A stretch of DNA of 64,000 nt from an uncultured Candidatus Saccharibacteria bacterium (GTDB lineage Bacteria > Patescibacteriota > Minisyncoccia > Phycocordibacterales > CAIZLB01), in contig CAZFNX010000001.1 in the NCBI GenBank assembly GCA_964520195.1, forward strand, positions 34,421 through 98,420, in the 5' to 3' direction. A program made the position numbers and the translations under genes. Within the stretch, counting starts at the first letter, position 1. Each line of letters opens with the position of its first letter. The notes below the pieces were generated by a model that was given only the letters and a program-made list of their open reading frames with translations, was not told where the DNA came from and did no database searches. Below, piece by piece: positions 36,988-46,390 of the stretch.

Positions 36988-39321
36988 ATGAGACTTAAAT
37001 CCCTCCACATACATGGATTCAAATCATTTGCTAAAAAAGCTGATCTTGTGTTTAACACAGCTATCACTGGAGTTGTAGGTCCAAACGGTTCAGGAAAATC
37101 AAACGTGGTAGAAGCTTTTCGTTTTGTGCTTGGTGAACAGTCTCTTAAAAGTATGCGAGGAAAGAAGGGCGAAGATATGATTTTTAATGGTGGTAAAGAT
37201 TTGACTCGAGCGAACCGTGCGTCTGTACGAGTTGTTTTTGATAATGCATTGTTGGATGTTGAAGGTGAATATAAGCGATTGTTTGATAGCTATAGTTTTG
37301 ACGAGGTAGTTATAGAACGCGCAGTGAACCGAGACGGGTCAAATGAGTATTTGATCAATGGTTCTGCGTGTCGACTTAAAGATATACAAGAACTGCTCTC
37401 TGAGGCAAATATAGGAGGTTCTGGGCATCATATTATCTCTCAAGGTGAGGCAGATAGACTTCTTTCTTCATCAAACAAAGAAAGAAAGGAGATGATTGAA
37501 GATGCATTAGGTTTAAAAATCTATCAGTATAAAAAAGAAGAGAGTGAAAAGCGTTTGCTTAAAACAAAAGAGCACATGAAAGAGGTTGAGTCTCTTCGAC
37601 GGGAACTTGCACCACATCTTCGATTTTTAAAGAAACAGGTTGAAAAACTTGAAAAAGCCAAAGAAGTACGCCAACAATTAACTGATCTGTATAAAGAATA
37701 TTTCGCATATGAAAAGGTGATTCTTGATGGTGAGATTGCTCAGATTGAACAGCTTCGTGTTGAACCAAAAAAAGAGTTTAGCGAGCTTGAACAAAAACTT
37801 ATTTCTATAAAACAGACCCTTGCGGCAACGGATACAACATCAAGTTTAACAGATGAGTTGTTTGCGCGAGAGCAGGAACTTAAACATATTAGACAGACAA
37901 AAGATAACTATTCTCGCGAGATAGGAAGATATGAAGGAGAAGTTGCCTATATTAAACGAAGTATAGAAAAGAAAAAAGAAAAGAAAGAGGCTGCTCTACA
38001 AGTAACACATCATGAGGCTGATGTGCCTGTATCTCGAAAAGGTATTCTTGAACTTATTCAACGAATCAAGACAACATTACACGATATTACCCATGGAGTA
38101 TATGGAACTTCAGAAGAGATTCGTCAGGCATCTCTAGATCTTATACAACAATGTGAGACGTATACACAAAGTATTGCCGATGCAACTTCTCAACCCCTTG
38201 TTGAAGATATCTATGATACATCTGAAGAAGAAGCGGAACTGGTAAAGATTCGAGAGTCTATTGTTAATGCAGAAGCGTTAAGTAAAGAGGCAAAGGATGC
38301 CGAACTTGTTCTTTTGGAAAAATACGAGACTGTTAAAAAACAAATTGAAGACGAGAAACATAAAAATGTTGAGTCAGAAAAAGAACTTCTTAAGGTGATA
38401 TCACGACAACATGAAGTACGAGCCGAGCTTGATAAAATAGATGTTCGAGAAGAGATGTATAAGGCACGAAAATCCGGATATGAACAAGAAATGATGGAAG
38501 CCGGAGTTCTTGTTGGTGTGCATGCATTACGTTTTGATACTGTCAATGTCGAAGTCAATAGTGAGGGGGTGATTGATAAAGATATTCAAAAAAATAGATT
38601 GCACACACTAGAAAAATATAAGATTCGTCTTGAAGAGTTAGGTGGTGCTGGAGATGAAAGTGTTCATAGAGAATTTACAGAGACTGAGGAGCGAGATCTA
38701 TTCCTTGCAAAAGAACTAGAGGATTTGACAGCTTCATTGACAAATCTTGAGACATTGATTACAGACATTACTAAAACTGTTGCTGATATGTTTACAACAG
38801 GTATAGATAAGATTAATAGTCAATTTTCAGTATTTTTTAAGCAAATGTTTGGTGGCGGTGAGGCTCGATTGGTGGTCACACAAGAGAAAAAACGGAAGCG
38901 TAAGCTTACTGATATAGAGGATGATGAAGATATGGAAGAAGAGACAAGTGAGGATGGTGAGGTTGAGATAGGTATTGATGTTTTTGTATCATTGCCACAT
39001 AAAAAACTTAAGGGTCTCTCAATGCTCTCAGGAGGAGAACGAGCGCTCACATCTATTGCACTTTTGTTTGCAATGAGTCAGGTAAATCCACCACCATTTA
39101 TCATACTTGATGAAACAGATGCTGCTCTTGATGAAGCAAACTCACGACGATATGGAGATATGATTGAGCTCTTGAGTAAGCATTCGGAACTGATTCTTGT
39201 GACGCATAACAGAGAGACTATGTCGAGAGCTGGAGTCTTATATGGAGTAACTATGGGTAATACTGGATATTCACAACTTCTGTCTATTGGATTTGAAGAG
39301 GCGAGTGTCAATGCTAAATAA
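36988..39321 (+). CDS. smc: SMC-family ATPase, short (777 aa) and without an identifiable hinge
   Basis: Head N-terminus MRLKSLHIHGFKSFAKK...GPNGSGKSNVVEAFRFVLGEQS. C-terminal signature LSGGERALTSIALLFAM and Walker B FIILDETDAALD. The middle is all coiled-coil. Confidence 0.75.
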   Translation: MRLKSLHIHGFKSFAKKADLVFNTAITGVVGPNGSGKSNVVEAFRFVLGEQSLKSMRGKKGEDMIFNGGKDLTRANRASVRVVFDNALLDVEGEYKRLFDSYSFDEVVIERAVNRDGSNEYLINGSACRLKDIQELLSEANIGGSGHHIISQGEADRLLSSSNKERKEMIEDALGLKIYQYKKEESEKRLLKTKEHMKEVESLRRELAPHLRFLKKQVEKLEKAKEVRQQLTDLYKEYFAYEKVILDGEIAQIEQLRVEPKKEFSELEQKLISIKQTLAATDTTSSLTDELFAREQELKHIRQTKDNYSREIGRYEGEVAYIKRSIEKKKEKKEAALQVTHHEADVPVSRKGILELIQRIKTTLHDITHGVYGTSEEIRQASLDLIQQCETYTQSIADATSQPLVEDIYDTSEEEAELVKIRESIVNAEALSKEAKDAELVLLEKYETVKKQIEDEKHKNVESEKELLKVISRQHEVRAELDKIDVREEMYKARKSGYEQEMMEAGVLVGVHALRFDTVNVEVNSEGVIDKDIQKNRLHTLEKYKIRLEELGGAGDESVHREFTETEERDLFLAKELEDLTASLTNLETLITDITKTVADMFTTGIDKINSQFSVFFKQMFGGGEARLVVTQEKKRKRKLTDIEDDEDMEEETSEDGEVEIGIDVFVSLPHKKLKGLSMLSGGERALTSIALLFAMSQVNPPPFIILDETDAALDEANSRRYGDMIELLSKHSELILVTHNRETMSRAGVLYGVTMGNTGYSQLLSIGFEEASVNAK

Positions 39322-39334
39322 AAATCCTTAAAAC

Positions 39335-39372
39335 AAAAAATGCAACCGTCCATCACGAATGTTGCATTTTTT
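39335..39372 (+). terminator. family-1 hairpin (12-bp stem AAAAAATGCAAC/GTTGCATTTTTT, loop CGTCCATCACGAAT)
   Basis: Perfect stem plus a T-run, between the convergent smc and cupin-like genes. Confidence 0.7.
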
Positions 39373-39398
39373 GTTTTTACGGATTCGAACACTAGTGC

Positions 39399-39785
39399 TT
39401 ATGCCTTCATGAGTGTAAAACTTTCTTTAGTTTCAGACATAAGGATGATAACAATGTCTCCCTCTAGTCTAAATAGTTTTCCTGCTGGTATGGTTATAAC
39501 TGTTTGAGTGTGTACAGATGTTGATTCAGGTGTATCTGAATTTTTATCTTTCATCTGTACTGTTGCAGTACCTTCAATTCCGAGAATATACAGTGTTGTT
39601 GATTGGCAGTATACAAAACCTTCTTTAGGTAATGAGTGTTTGATCTTCATAACGCCAGAAGCAGGGAATGAAGAATTGTCTTGAGATTCTTCAAGAATCT
39701 CTCTGGCTGTTTTAAAGGGTAATGTTGCAATATCCTGTGTTTTCATAATGGTTTGTAGTATACCATGGTATGTAAATACTGTCAA
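39399..39785 (-). CDS. small hypothetical protein, possible cupin-like beta-barrel
   Basis: 128 aa predicted from the ORF. Weak cupin-like pattern only. Confidence 0.35.
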   Translation of the reverse strand: MTVFTYHGILQTIMKTQDIATLPFKTAREILEESQDNSSFPASGVMKIKHSLPKEGFVYCQSTTLYILGIEGTATVQMKDKNSDTPESTSVHTQTVITIPAGKLFRLEGDIVIILMSETKESFTLMKA

Positions 39786-39807
39786 ATATACTTAAAAAAT
39801 ATAATTA

Positions 39808-39843
39808 AAAATCCTTGCATTCGTGATGGACGGCAAGGATTTT
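39808..39843 (-). terminator. family-1 hairpin, reverse orientation (stem AAAATCCTTGC/GCAAGGATTTT; minus strand reads CGTCCATCACGAAT)
   Basis: Lies 3' of rnr on the minus strand. Confidence 0.7.
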
Positions 39844-39858
39844 TAATTATATTTTCCC

Positions 39859-41874
39859 TTAAATCTTCAGAACCTCGAAGTCTACACTCTTTGTCTCAAG
39901 GTCTACTCCTCGAAGTCGAACATGAACTACATCACCAAGAGTAATAACTTTTTTTGTATTTTGTCCTATAACTTTATATGTTTTTCTATCGACTTCGAAG
40001 AAATCATTTCCAAGATCTTTAAGTCGTATAAGTCCTTCAGCAAGTGATTCTTTCTCTTGTAGGAAAATTCCAAAGTCAGCAATACCTGAAACAACAACAT
40101 CAAACTCCTGTCCGATACGTGCACTAAGGTATTCAACTTGTTTGTATCGTATACTTGCTCGCTCTGCTTCTGCCGCCTTGACCTCTTGATCAGAAGAAAC
40201 AGTACAAATATCTTCAAGAGAGTCTAGTATAGGTTGAGGAATTGGTTGTTTTGTGAGTATGTATTGCATGATGCGGTGCACACAGAGATCTGGATATCTT
40301 CGAATAGGGGATGTGAAATGAGTATAATATTCAAAAGCTAAACCAAAGTGTCCAATATTGACTGTCTTATAAGCAGCCTTGGCCATAGACCGAAGAGTTG
40401 CTGTTTTAATAGTTGTTTCAGCTGGATGACCTATGGCTTTTTCAAGAAGTTTCTGTATATCTTTAGCGTGAACCTTTTTTCCTGGATGAAAATCAAGTCC
40501 GAGTGCATTTACAAAAATCTCAAGATCTGTGATCTTTTCAGGGTCTGGGGCATCGTGAACACGATACACACCAAGAAGTTTTTTTGTCCCGTGTACATTG
40601 TTCTTAAACATATACTCAGCAACTTCTCGATTGGCCAAAAGCATAAACTCTTCAACAAGATGATTTGTAAAGACTCTGTCTTTTTTATATACCTGAATAG
40701 GAAAACCTTTGTCGTCAAGAATAAACTTAATCTCATCACTCTCAAAATCTATAGCTCCAGCTCGTTTTCGCTCTGCCTGTAGTTGTAATGCATATTCACG
40801 TAGACTAAATAATGCTGGAAATTCTGCTGTATTGCCAGTGTCTAAAACATCCTGAGCTTCTTCATATGAAAATCTTTTATCTGAGTGTATGAGAGTTTTT
40901 CCAAACCATTTTGATACAATCTGTTTATTTGCATCAAATTCAAAAATACTTGAAAAGGCAAATCTGTCCTCGTTAGGGTTTAGACTACACATTCCGTTTG
41001 AAAGCACCTCAGGTAGCATAGGTACTGTTCGATCTACAAGATATACAGAGAAGGCTCGTTTTCGTGCTTCTGTATCAAGTATAGTGCCAGGTCGTACAAA
41101 GTGAGACACATCGGCAATATGTATACCTATTTCAACATTACCATTTGGTAGTGTTTGGAAAGAAAGGGCATCATCAAAATCTTTAGCATCAACTGGATCA
41201 ATAGTGCATGTCCACACATGTCTCATGTCTCTACGAGCATGAATCTCTTCTTCTGTAACTGTTCCATGTTCTTTAACTGATCTCTTAGCATCTTCCTCAA
41301 CAGCAGGTGAGTGCTCCATGGCAAAACCGGCAGCCGCTATAATAGATCTCATTTCTGCTTGATGTTCTCCTTGCATACCAAATATTTCAGTAACACGACC
41401 ATAAAATTCTCGTGTTACTTCCGTGTTCGTATATCCTTCAGGTGTCGGAGTTCGTGTGATTGTAATCTTAGGTTTTTTTGTCCAGTCAATAACTATAAAA
41501 ACTTTTTCTCCAACTTTAACAGGTAGTGATGGATCATTAAGTAGTGTAAATATACAACTGAGTTTTTGGTTATCAGGTTTTGCATGTATACCTTTATCTG
41601 TGATATCTGTAACAATACCAACCATACTTCCACTACCTCGTTTCTGTATTTCAGTTATCTTTCCCTCTATCTCGCCCCATTTATTTGGTTTTGGAAATGT
41701 ATCAACCAGAACGGTGTCTCCAGGAAGTGCATCTAAGATGTATTGTGGAGGTATACCAATAGAATCTTCTTTCTTTGCAGATGGTGTTGATTGACCATTT
41801 GCTGACGTTTGCAAGGGTCTAACGTATCCTTTACCTTTGTTGTTGAGTGCTAAGACTCCTAATATAGAGGGCAT
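39859..41874 (-). CDS. rnr: ribonuclease R (RNB family 3'-5' exoribonuclease)
   Basis: RNB motif HFTSPIRRYPDLCVHR, a cold-shock-like N-terminus and a C-terminal S1 domain. Confidence 0.9.
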   Translation of the reverse strand: MPSILGVLALNNKGKGYVRPLQTSANGQSTPSAKKEDSIGIPPQYILDALPGDTVLVDTFPKPNKWGEIEGKITEIQKRGSGSMVGIVTDITDKGIHAKPDNQKLSCIFTLLNDPSLPVKVGEKVFIVIDWTKKPKITITRTPTPEGYTNTEVTREFYGRVTEIFGMQGEHQAEMRSIIAAAGFAMEHSPAVEEDAKRSVKEHGTVTEEEIHARRDMRHVWTCTIDPVDAKDFDDALSFQTLPNGNVEIGIHIADVSHFVRPGTILDTEARKRAFSVYLVDRTVPMLPEVLSNGMCSLNPNEDRFAFSSIFEFDANKQIVSKWFGKTLIHSDKRFSYEEAQDVLDTGNTAEFPALFSLREYALQLQAERKRAGAIDFESDEIKFILDDKGFPIQVYKKDRVFTNHLVEEFMLLANREVAEYMFKNNVHGTKKLLGVYRVHDAPDPEKITDLEIFVNALGLDFHPGKKVHAKDIQKLLEKAIGHPAETTIKTATLRSMAKAAYKTVNIGHFGLAFEYYTHFTSPIRRYPDLCVHRIMQYILTKQPIPQPILDSLEDICTVSSDQEVKAAEAERASIRYKQVEYLSARIGQEFDVVVSGIADFGIFLQEKESLAEGLIRLKDLGNDFFEVDRKTYKVIGQNTKKVITLGDVVHVRLRGVDLETKSVDFEVLKI

Positions 41875-41877
41875 GAA

Positions 41878-43116
41878 TTATAGTAATTTTTTAAGATAAT
41901 CAATAAGGTTTGTAAGTTCAACAGATTCCTGAGAAAGGTTTTTCATATTTCGAACCATGACTGAGTTTTGCAGTGCTTCTTTGTGTCCAACAAGCAATAG
42001 ATAGGGAACATTCAATCGTTCTGCATGTTGTAGTTGAGCAGATATTTTCTCTTTAGAGATTGCTTGATGCATTGGTATGTGAGCTGAACGCATCATGTCC
42101 ATAATCTTCAATGTTTTAAATCGTGCCTCAGATCCAAGTTGTGCGTAGAAGAATTTAATATCTACATCTTCTATGATCTTAATTGCTTTTTTAGGTTGAG
42201 CCGCTTTCTTGAGTCCTGCTATTGTAAAACTAATAATAGGCACCTCTTTTTTGTTAAGAATCTTTTTAGCCATGATATCATGTCTACTACCGTGTATGTG
42301 GAGGTAGTCAGCTTGTATGTTAAACACAAGTCCACTTGTCACATCTGGTGATGTAAACAAAAATGGTTGAATACGAAAATTCATATCAAGCGCCTCTATG
42401 TATTCAAGGATCTCTTTAAACTCTGCTCGAGATGCAGCAGAAAGATGATCAATAGGGTTTGGTATTGTCACATCATCTGTTTCAACTCCTTCCTTGTCAG
42501 TCTTTTTTGTTTTTGGTTTTATATGAACTCCGTCTAGAAGTCTATATGCTTCATAGATGTCTTTTTTAACAAGCGCAGCAATATGCTTAGGTAGTGCTGC
42601 TATATTTTTTTTGAAAAAATGTTGCAGCTCTTTGGTAAATTTTTGAATAGATTCTTTGTCTCCTATAAAAGATATTTCCACAAGTATCTCTGCTTTAGGA
42701 CCAAGTATTTCATGTGCGACACTATATCCAGCTTCAATAGCTAGAGCATCGTATATATTTTTCTTTGTGCCAACAAGGTGACACATATAGGTATCTTTAT
42801 CTACACTGTATCCTATGTGTGCAGGAAGAGTGTGTAGTTCAAATGTTTTATCGAGAACTTTTTTCTGTATCTGTAGCGTATCGCATAAGTGTGTATCTTT
42901 AGAATATTTTGCTATGATTTTCTTTTCGAGATCAGTTGTCTGACCTTTCTCTGTTCCTATAAAGCCAAAATGTTGCAGTGTTTTAAATACGTGCATATGT
43001 TCAGCTAATATGCCAGCGCATATATTTTTTTGTTTCTTCTGCTTATCTTCTCCGTTTTTCTGAGAAATGTGAATATGAGTAACTGTTTTTTTCTGTATCT
43101 GAATAACTTTTTTCAT
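41878..43116 (-). CDS. HisRS-like class II aaRS homologue with HGTP anticodon-binding domain; catalytic motifs divergent
   Basis: The C-terminal 110 aa are a typical HGTP_anticodon domain (VPYLLLVGHKEALQNSVMVRNMK). The motif-3-like GSRHD...VPIISFTIAGLKK is present. I could not recognise motif 2 (FRYERPQ) in the sequence. Confidence 0.45.
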   Translation of the reverse strand: MKKVIQIQKKTVTHIHISQKNGEDKQKKQKNICAGILAEHMHVFKTLQHFGFIGTEKGQTTDLEKKIIAKYSKDTHLCDTLQIQKKVLDKTFELHTLPAHIGYSVDKDTYMCHLVGTKKNIYDALAIEAGYSVAHEILGPKAEILVEISFIGDKESIQKFTKELQHFFKKNIAALPKHIAALVKKDIYEAYRLLDGVHIKPKTKKTDKEGVETDDVTIPNPIDHLSAASRAEFKEILEYIEALDMNFRIQPFLFTSPDVTSGLVFNIQADYLHIHGSRHDIMAKKILNKKEVPIISFTIAGLKKAAQPKKAIKIIEDVDIKFFYAQLGSEARFKTLKIMDMMRSAHIPMHQAISKEKISAQLQHAERLNVPYLLLVGHKEALQNSVMVRNMKNLSQESVELTNLIDYLKKLL

Positions 43117-43123
43117 ATAGTTT

Positions 43124-43699
43124 TTATTGTTGTGTTGTTGTTCCTGTCTCTATTGATCCAGGTAAGAAGCCTATTTGATTAAAAGGGTAAAGTCGTAGAA
43201 CAACCCGTCCCTGAATGTGCTCTTTTTTTAAAATGCCCCAAGATCGAGAATCGTAACTTACCGCTCTGTTGTCTCCCATAACAAAATATTCATCAGCCTT
43301 GAGTGTAGTACTTGCAGTTCGAGGACTTTGGTATGTGACAAAATTTTCAACTTGTTTTACTCCATTTACAAAAGTTTCTGAACCATTTACAACTACAGTA
43401 TCACCAGGAATTCCTATAATACGTTTTATAAATCTATCAGCAGTTCTGTCTTGGATAGGTGGATTAAAGACAATAACATCACCTCGCTTAGGATCTATAA
43501 AATTATATGAAATCTTATCTACGAGAACATAGTCATTTGTATGAAATGTATTATCCATAGATGTTCCACTTACGGTATGAGGCTCAATAACATAGACTCT
43601 AAATACTATAATGAGAGCAAGGTAGATAAAAAAACTCTTCCAAGACATGTCTTTTTTAGTTTTTACAACAACCTCTTCTGTATCTAGCATTTTATCCAT
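43124..43699 (-). CDS. lepB: signal peptidase I
   Basis: TM helix. Ser box GTSMDNTF, box D KRIIGIPGDTV, box E GDNRAVSYDSRSWG. Confidence 0.85.
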   Translation of the reverse strand: MDKMLDTEEVVVKTKKDMSWKSFFIYLALIIVFRVYVIEPHTVSGTSMDNTFHTNDYVLVDKISYNFIDPKRGDVIVFNPPIQDRTADRFIKRIIGIPGDTVVVNGSETFVNGVKQVENFVTYQSPRTASTTLKADEYFVMGDNRAVSYDSRSWGILKKEHIQGRVVLRLYPFNQIGFLPGSIETGTTTQQ

Positions 43700-43722
43700 A
43701 ATACGGCTATTATAGCATATAT

Positions 43723-44277
43723 ATGCAAATCATAATAGGATTAGGAAATAAGGGCTCTGAATACGAAAAAACCCGTCATAATATAGGTCAACACGTGATT
43801 TCAACTATGGTCGCTGAGTACGGTGAAAAATTATCATATGATAAGTATATTTTGTCAAATACTGTAAAAATAGGGCAAAGTTTGTTTGTTATACCGGAAT
43901 TGTATGTGAATGAATCAGGTAAAGTTATGGATAGTTTGTTTAAACATATGCAAGATAAGAATGAGAATACAGAATATAAAGATTTGTTAATTGTTCGAGA
44001 TGATATGGATATGAAAATAGGTGATGTGAAGTTTGTGTATGACAGTGGGAGTGGGGGACATAATGGAATCAAAGATATTGAAGCGCATCTTAAGTCAAAA
44101 AAATATTGGCAGCTTAAAATAGGGATCTTACCAGTAGATTGTGATGGTGTTGTGCAAAAGCCTCATAAAGATGATGTGTCTGATTTTGTGGTGGGTAAGT
44201 TTTCAAAAGAAGAATGGAAACAGATGGAAGAGGTAACAAAGAAGGCGATAGAGAAGGTGAAGGAGTTTATGAAGTAG
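43723..44277 (+). CDS. pth: peptidyl-tRNA hydrolase
   Basis: IIIGLGNKGSEYEKTRHNIGQHV N-terminal signature. Confidence 0.9.
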   Translation: MQIIIGLGNKGSEYEKTRHNIGQHVISTMVAEYGEKLSYDKYILSNTVKIGQSLFVIPELYVNESGKVMDSLFKHMQDKNENTEYKDLLIVRDDMDMKIGDVKFVYDSGSGGHNGIKDIEAHLKSKKYWQLKIGILPVDCDGVVQKPHKDDVSDFVVGKFSKEEWKQMEEVTKKAIEKVKEFMK

Positions 44278-44286
44278 GGTAAATAT

Positions 44287-44324
44287 AAAACCCTCGAAGC
44301 GCACGGGTATGCGCTGAGGGTTGA
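44287..44324. terminator. family-3 palindromic element AAAACCCTCGAAGCGCACGGGTATGCGCTGAGGGTTGA after pth
   Basis: Same outer arms as 27611-27646; nested inner stem AGCGCA/TGCGCT. Confidence 0.5.
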
Positions 44325-44527
44325 AGAAAAAAGAAGAGAGGAGGAGGGGGTTAGTGAGCTGAGTTAATCTGAAGCTCTCCTTGATTATCATAAAATTTCC
44401 ACCATTTGTCTTGATCAGGTTTGACCATCTGGTCGATCAACATGCTTTGTTGCATCCAAAGGACTATCCTAAGGAATACAGTATAAATATCACATACATA
44501 TATAAATAACAACTAATACTCAAAAAC

Positions 44528-44564
44528 AAAAAAACCTTACTTCGCCTAAGCTGTAAGGTTTTTT
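44528..44564 (-). terminator. family-2 hairpin (12-bp stem AAAAAACCTTAC/GTAAGGTTTTTT, loop TTCGCCTAAGCT) 3' of rpsA
   Basis: Perfect stem with U-runs on both sides. The loop is 10/12 identical to the efp hairpin loop. Confidence 0.65.
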
Positions 44565-44576
44565 GTTTTAAGATTG

Positions 44577-45704
44577 TTATTTATTCTCAACCAAGTGTAG
44601 AGTCATTCGTTGTTCACGAGGCTCAAACATGTTGATTTTAAATGTATAACTTTTTCCGATATCAATTTTTTCTTTCATTTTTGCTTCACTTCCAAACTCT
44701 GAGATGTGAACAAGTCCTGAAACTCCTTCTTCTATTGATGCAAGTGCTCCGTGTCGGTTAAACTTGATAATAACACCTTTAACTTCATCATCTTTCTTGT
44801 ATTTTGTTGATGCAAGCTTCCAAGGGTTATCTTTTCGAGCTTTAAGTGACATAGATACTTTACCATCTTTTACGTCAATGATCCGTGCTTTTACTTGATC
44901 ACCAACCTTAAAGAGGATTCGAGGATCTTCAACAAGACCCCAATCAAGCTCTGAGATGTGTGCAAGTCCTTCAAGTTCATCGTTTACTTTGATAAATACA
45001 CCAAAGTCTACTGTTCCTGTAACTACTCCGTCAACATCATCTCCTACAGAATATTTAGCACTCATCTCTGCACTTTTTGCGGCACTGTTTTTATTTGCAC
45101 CACCCATATGTGATCCTGCATCCATACCTCGCTCTGAGAAGATAAGTTTACCTTCTTTTGCATCGGCAGTAATAATACTTAATGACATCTTTTGTCCAAT
45201 AAGCTTTTTGAGCTCATCTTGAATTCTGTCTTTGTTACCATCTTCTACTTTAGGATAGTGTTCAGGTTTTAGTTGTGATGCAGGAAGAAATCCGTGAATA
45301 CCTTGCCATACAATCATAAGTCCACCTTTGTTAGCATCTTGTACAGTCACTTCGAGAGGTGTTTTATCTAGAACAGCTTGTTCAGCTTCTTTCCAGATAA
45401 GTGCTTGTTTAGCTTCTTTAAGTGATAGTTCAATATATCCATCTTCCGTATCGAAACCACAAACTTTTGCTGTAATAAGATCTCCAGGTTGAACCTTTCG
45501 AATAATATCTCGAGCAATCATGAACTCTTTTCCATAGATAACTCCTGTACCGAAAGGTGAGAGGTCTACAAAAAGTCTACTTTTGTGTAATGTAATAACT
45601 TTTCCTTCAATATCATCTCCAATTTTTGGAGGGTTAGCTATGTTTGCAAATTGTGCAAACATAACTGTATTTGTTTCGTCTGGCATATGTGTGTATTTTG
45701 TCAT
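44577..45704 (-). CDS. rpsA: ribosomal protein S1-like (four S1 domains, 375 aa)
   Basis: Repeated S1 OB-folds (GDDIEGKVITL..., GDQVKARIIDV..., VKGVIIKFN...). Confidence 0.8.
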   Translation of the reverse strand: MTKYTHMPDETNTVMFAQFANIANPPKIGDDIEGKVITLHKSRLFVDLSPFGTGVIYGKEFMIARDIIRKVQPGDLITAKVCGFDTEDGYIELSLKEAKQALIWKEAEQAVLDKTPLEVTVQDANKGGLMIVWQGIHGFLPASQLKPEHYPKVEDGNKDRIQDELKKLIGQKMSLSIITADAKEGKLIFSERGMDAGSHMGGANKNSAAKSAEMSAKYSVGDDVDGVVTGTVDFGVFIKVNDELEGLAHISELDWGLVEDPRILFKVGDQVKARIIDVKDGKVSMSLKARKDNPWKLASTKYKKDDEVKGVIIKFNRHGALASIEEGVSGLVHISEFGSEAKMKEKIDIGKSYTFKINMFEPREQRMTLHLVENK

Positions 45705-45845
45705 GTACGGTAGTTTTGTGTTCTTGGAAATGTCTGAAAAGGGAACGCAAGGGTTACAAACCGTATATGTGTTTTATTAATGAATACCACTGGACTATAA
45801 CAAAAAAAAGCTATTTTTGCAAGGCTATGTGATACTCGAAAAATA

Positions 45846-45888
45846 AAAAACCTATGCCAGTTTGAGAGCATAGGTTTTTTATTTTTGA
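45846..45888 (-). terminator. Rho-independent terminator 3' of rpmA (AAAAAACCTATGC/GCATAGGTTTTTT)
   Basis: 13-bp perfect stem with T/A runs. Confidence 0.65.
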
Positions 45889-45893
45889 TAGTC

Positions 45894-46166
45894 TTACTTA
45901 ATGTGAACGACTTTCTTAACTGTAACTGTGTTGTCTATTTTGATTTTTCTTTTTGTGCCGAAAGATACTGTTCCAGCTTTAAGGGCGTATAGAGTATGAT
46001 CTTTACCAACTCCTACATTTTTCCCAGCCATGATTTTAGTACCTCGTTGTCGAACGATGATAGCTCCTGCTTCTGCTTTCTCACCTGCATACATCTTCAC
46101 ACCAAGATATTTTGGTTGTGAATCTTTAAGGTTTTTTGACGATCCTGCCGCTTTTTTGGTTGCCAT
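45894..46166 (-). CDS. rpmA: 50S ribosomal protein L27
   Basis: [12 protein letters not shown]...[11 protein letters not shown]...KAGTVSF; 90 aa. Confidence 0.9.
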   Translation of the reverse strand: MATKKAAGSSKNLKDSQPKYLGVKMYAGEKAEAGAIIVRQRGTKIMAGKNVGVGKDHTLYALKAGTVSFGTKRKIKIDNTVTVKKVVHIK

Positions 46167-46390
46167 GTGTTTATATTAATATATGTAATTTATGTTTTCT
46201 TTGAAAAATCTTTAACACTACCGTGGTATAGATATGAACATGAGTATATACCATATAATAAAAAAAATCAACAGCGACAGTCGGGAAGTATCGTTCAATA
46301 TACGTCAAGCTAGGGTCTTTATAATACTTCTGACAACTATATTGTTGATACAGGTTAGTATAGGGGTTATGGTCTGGGTTTATGTTGTAT

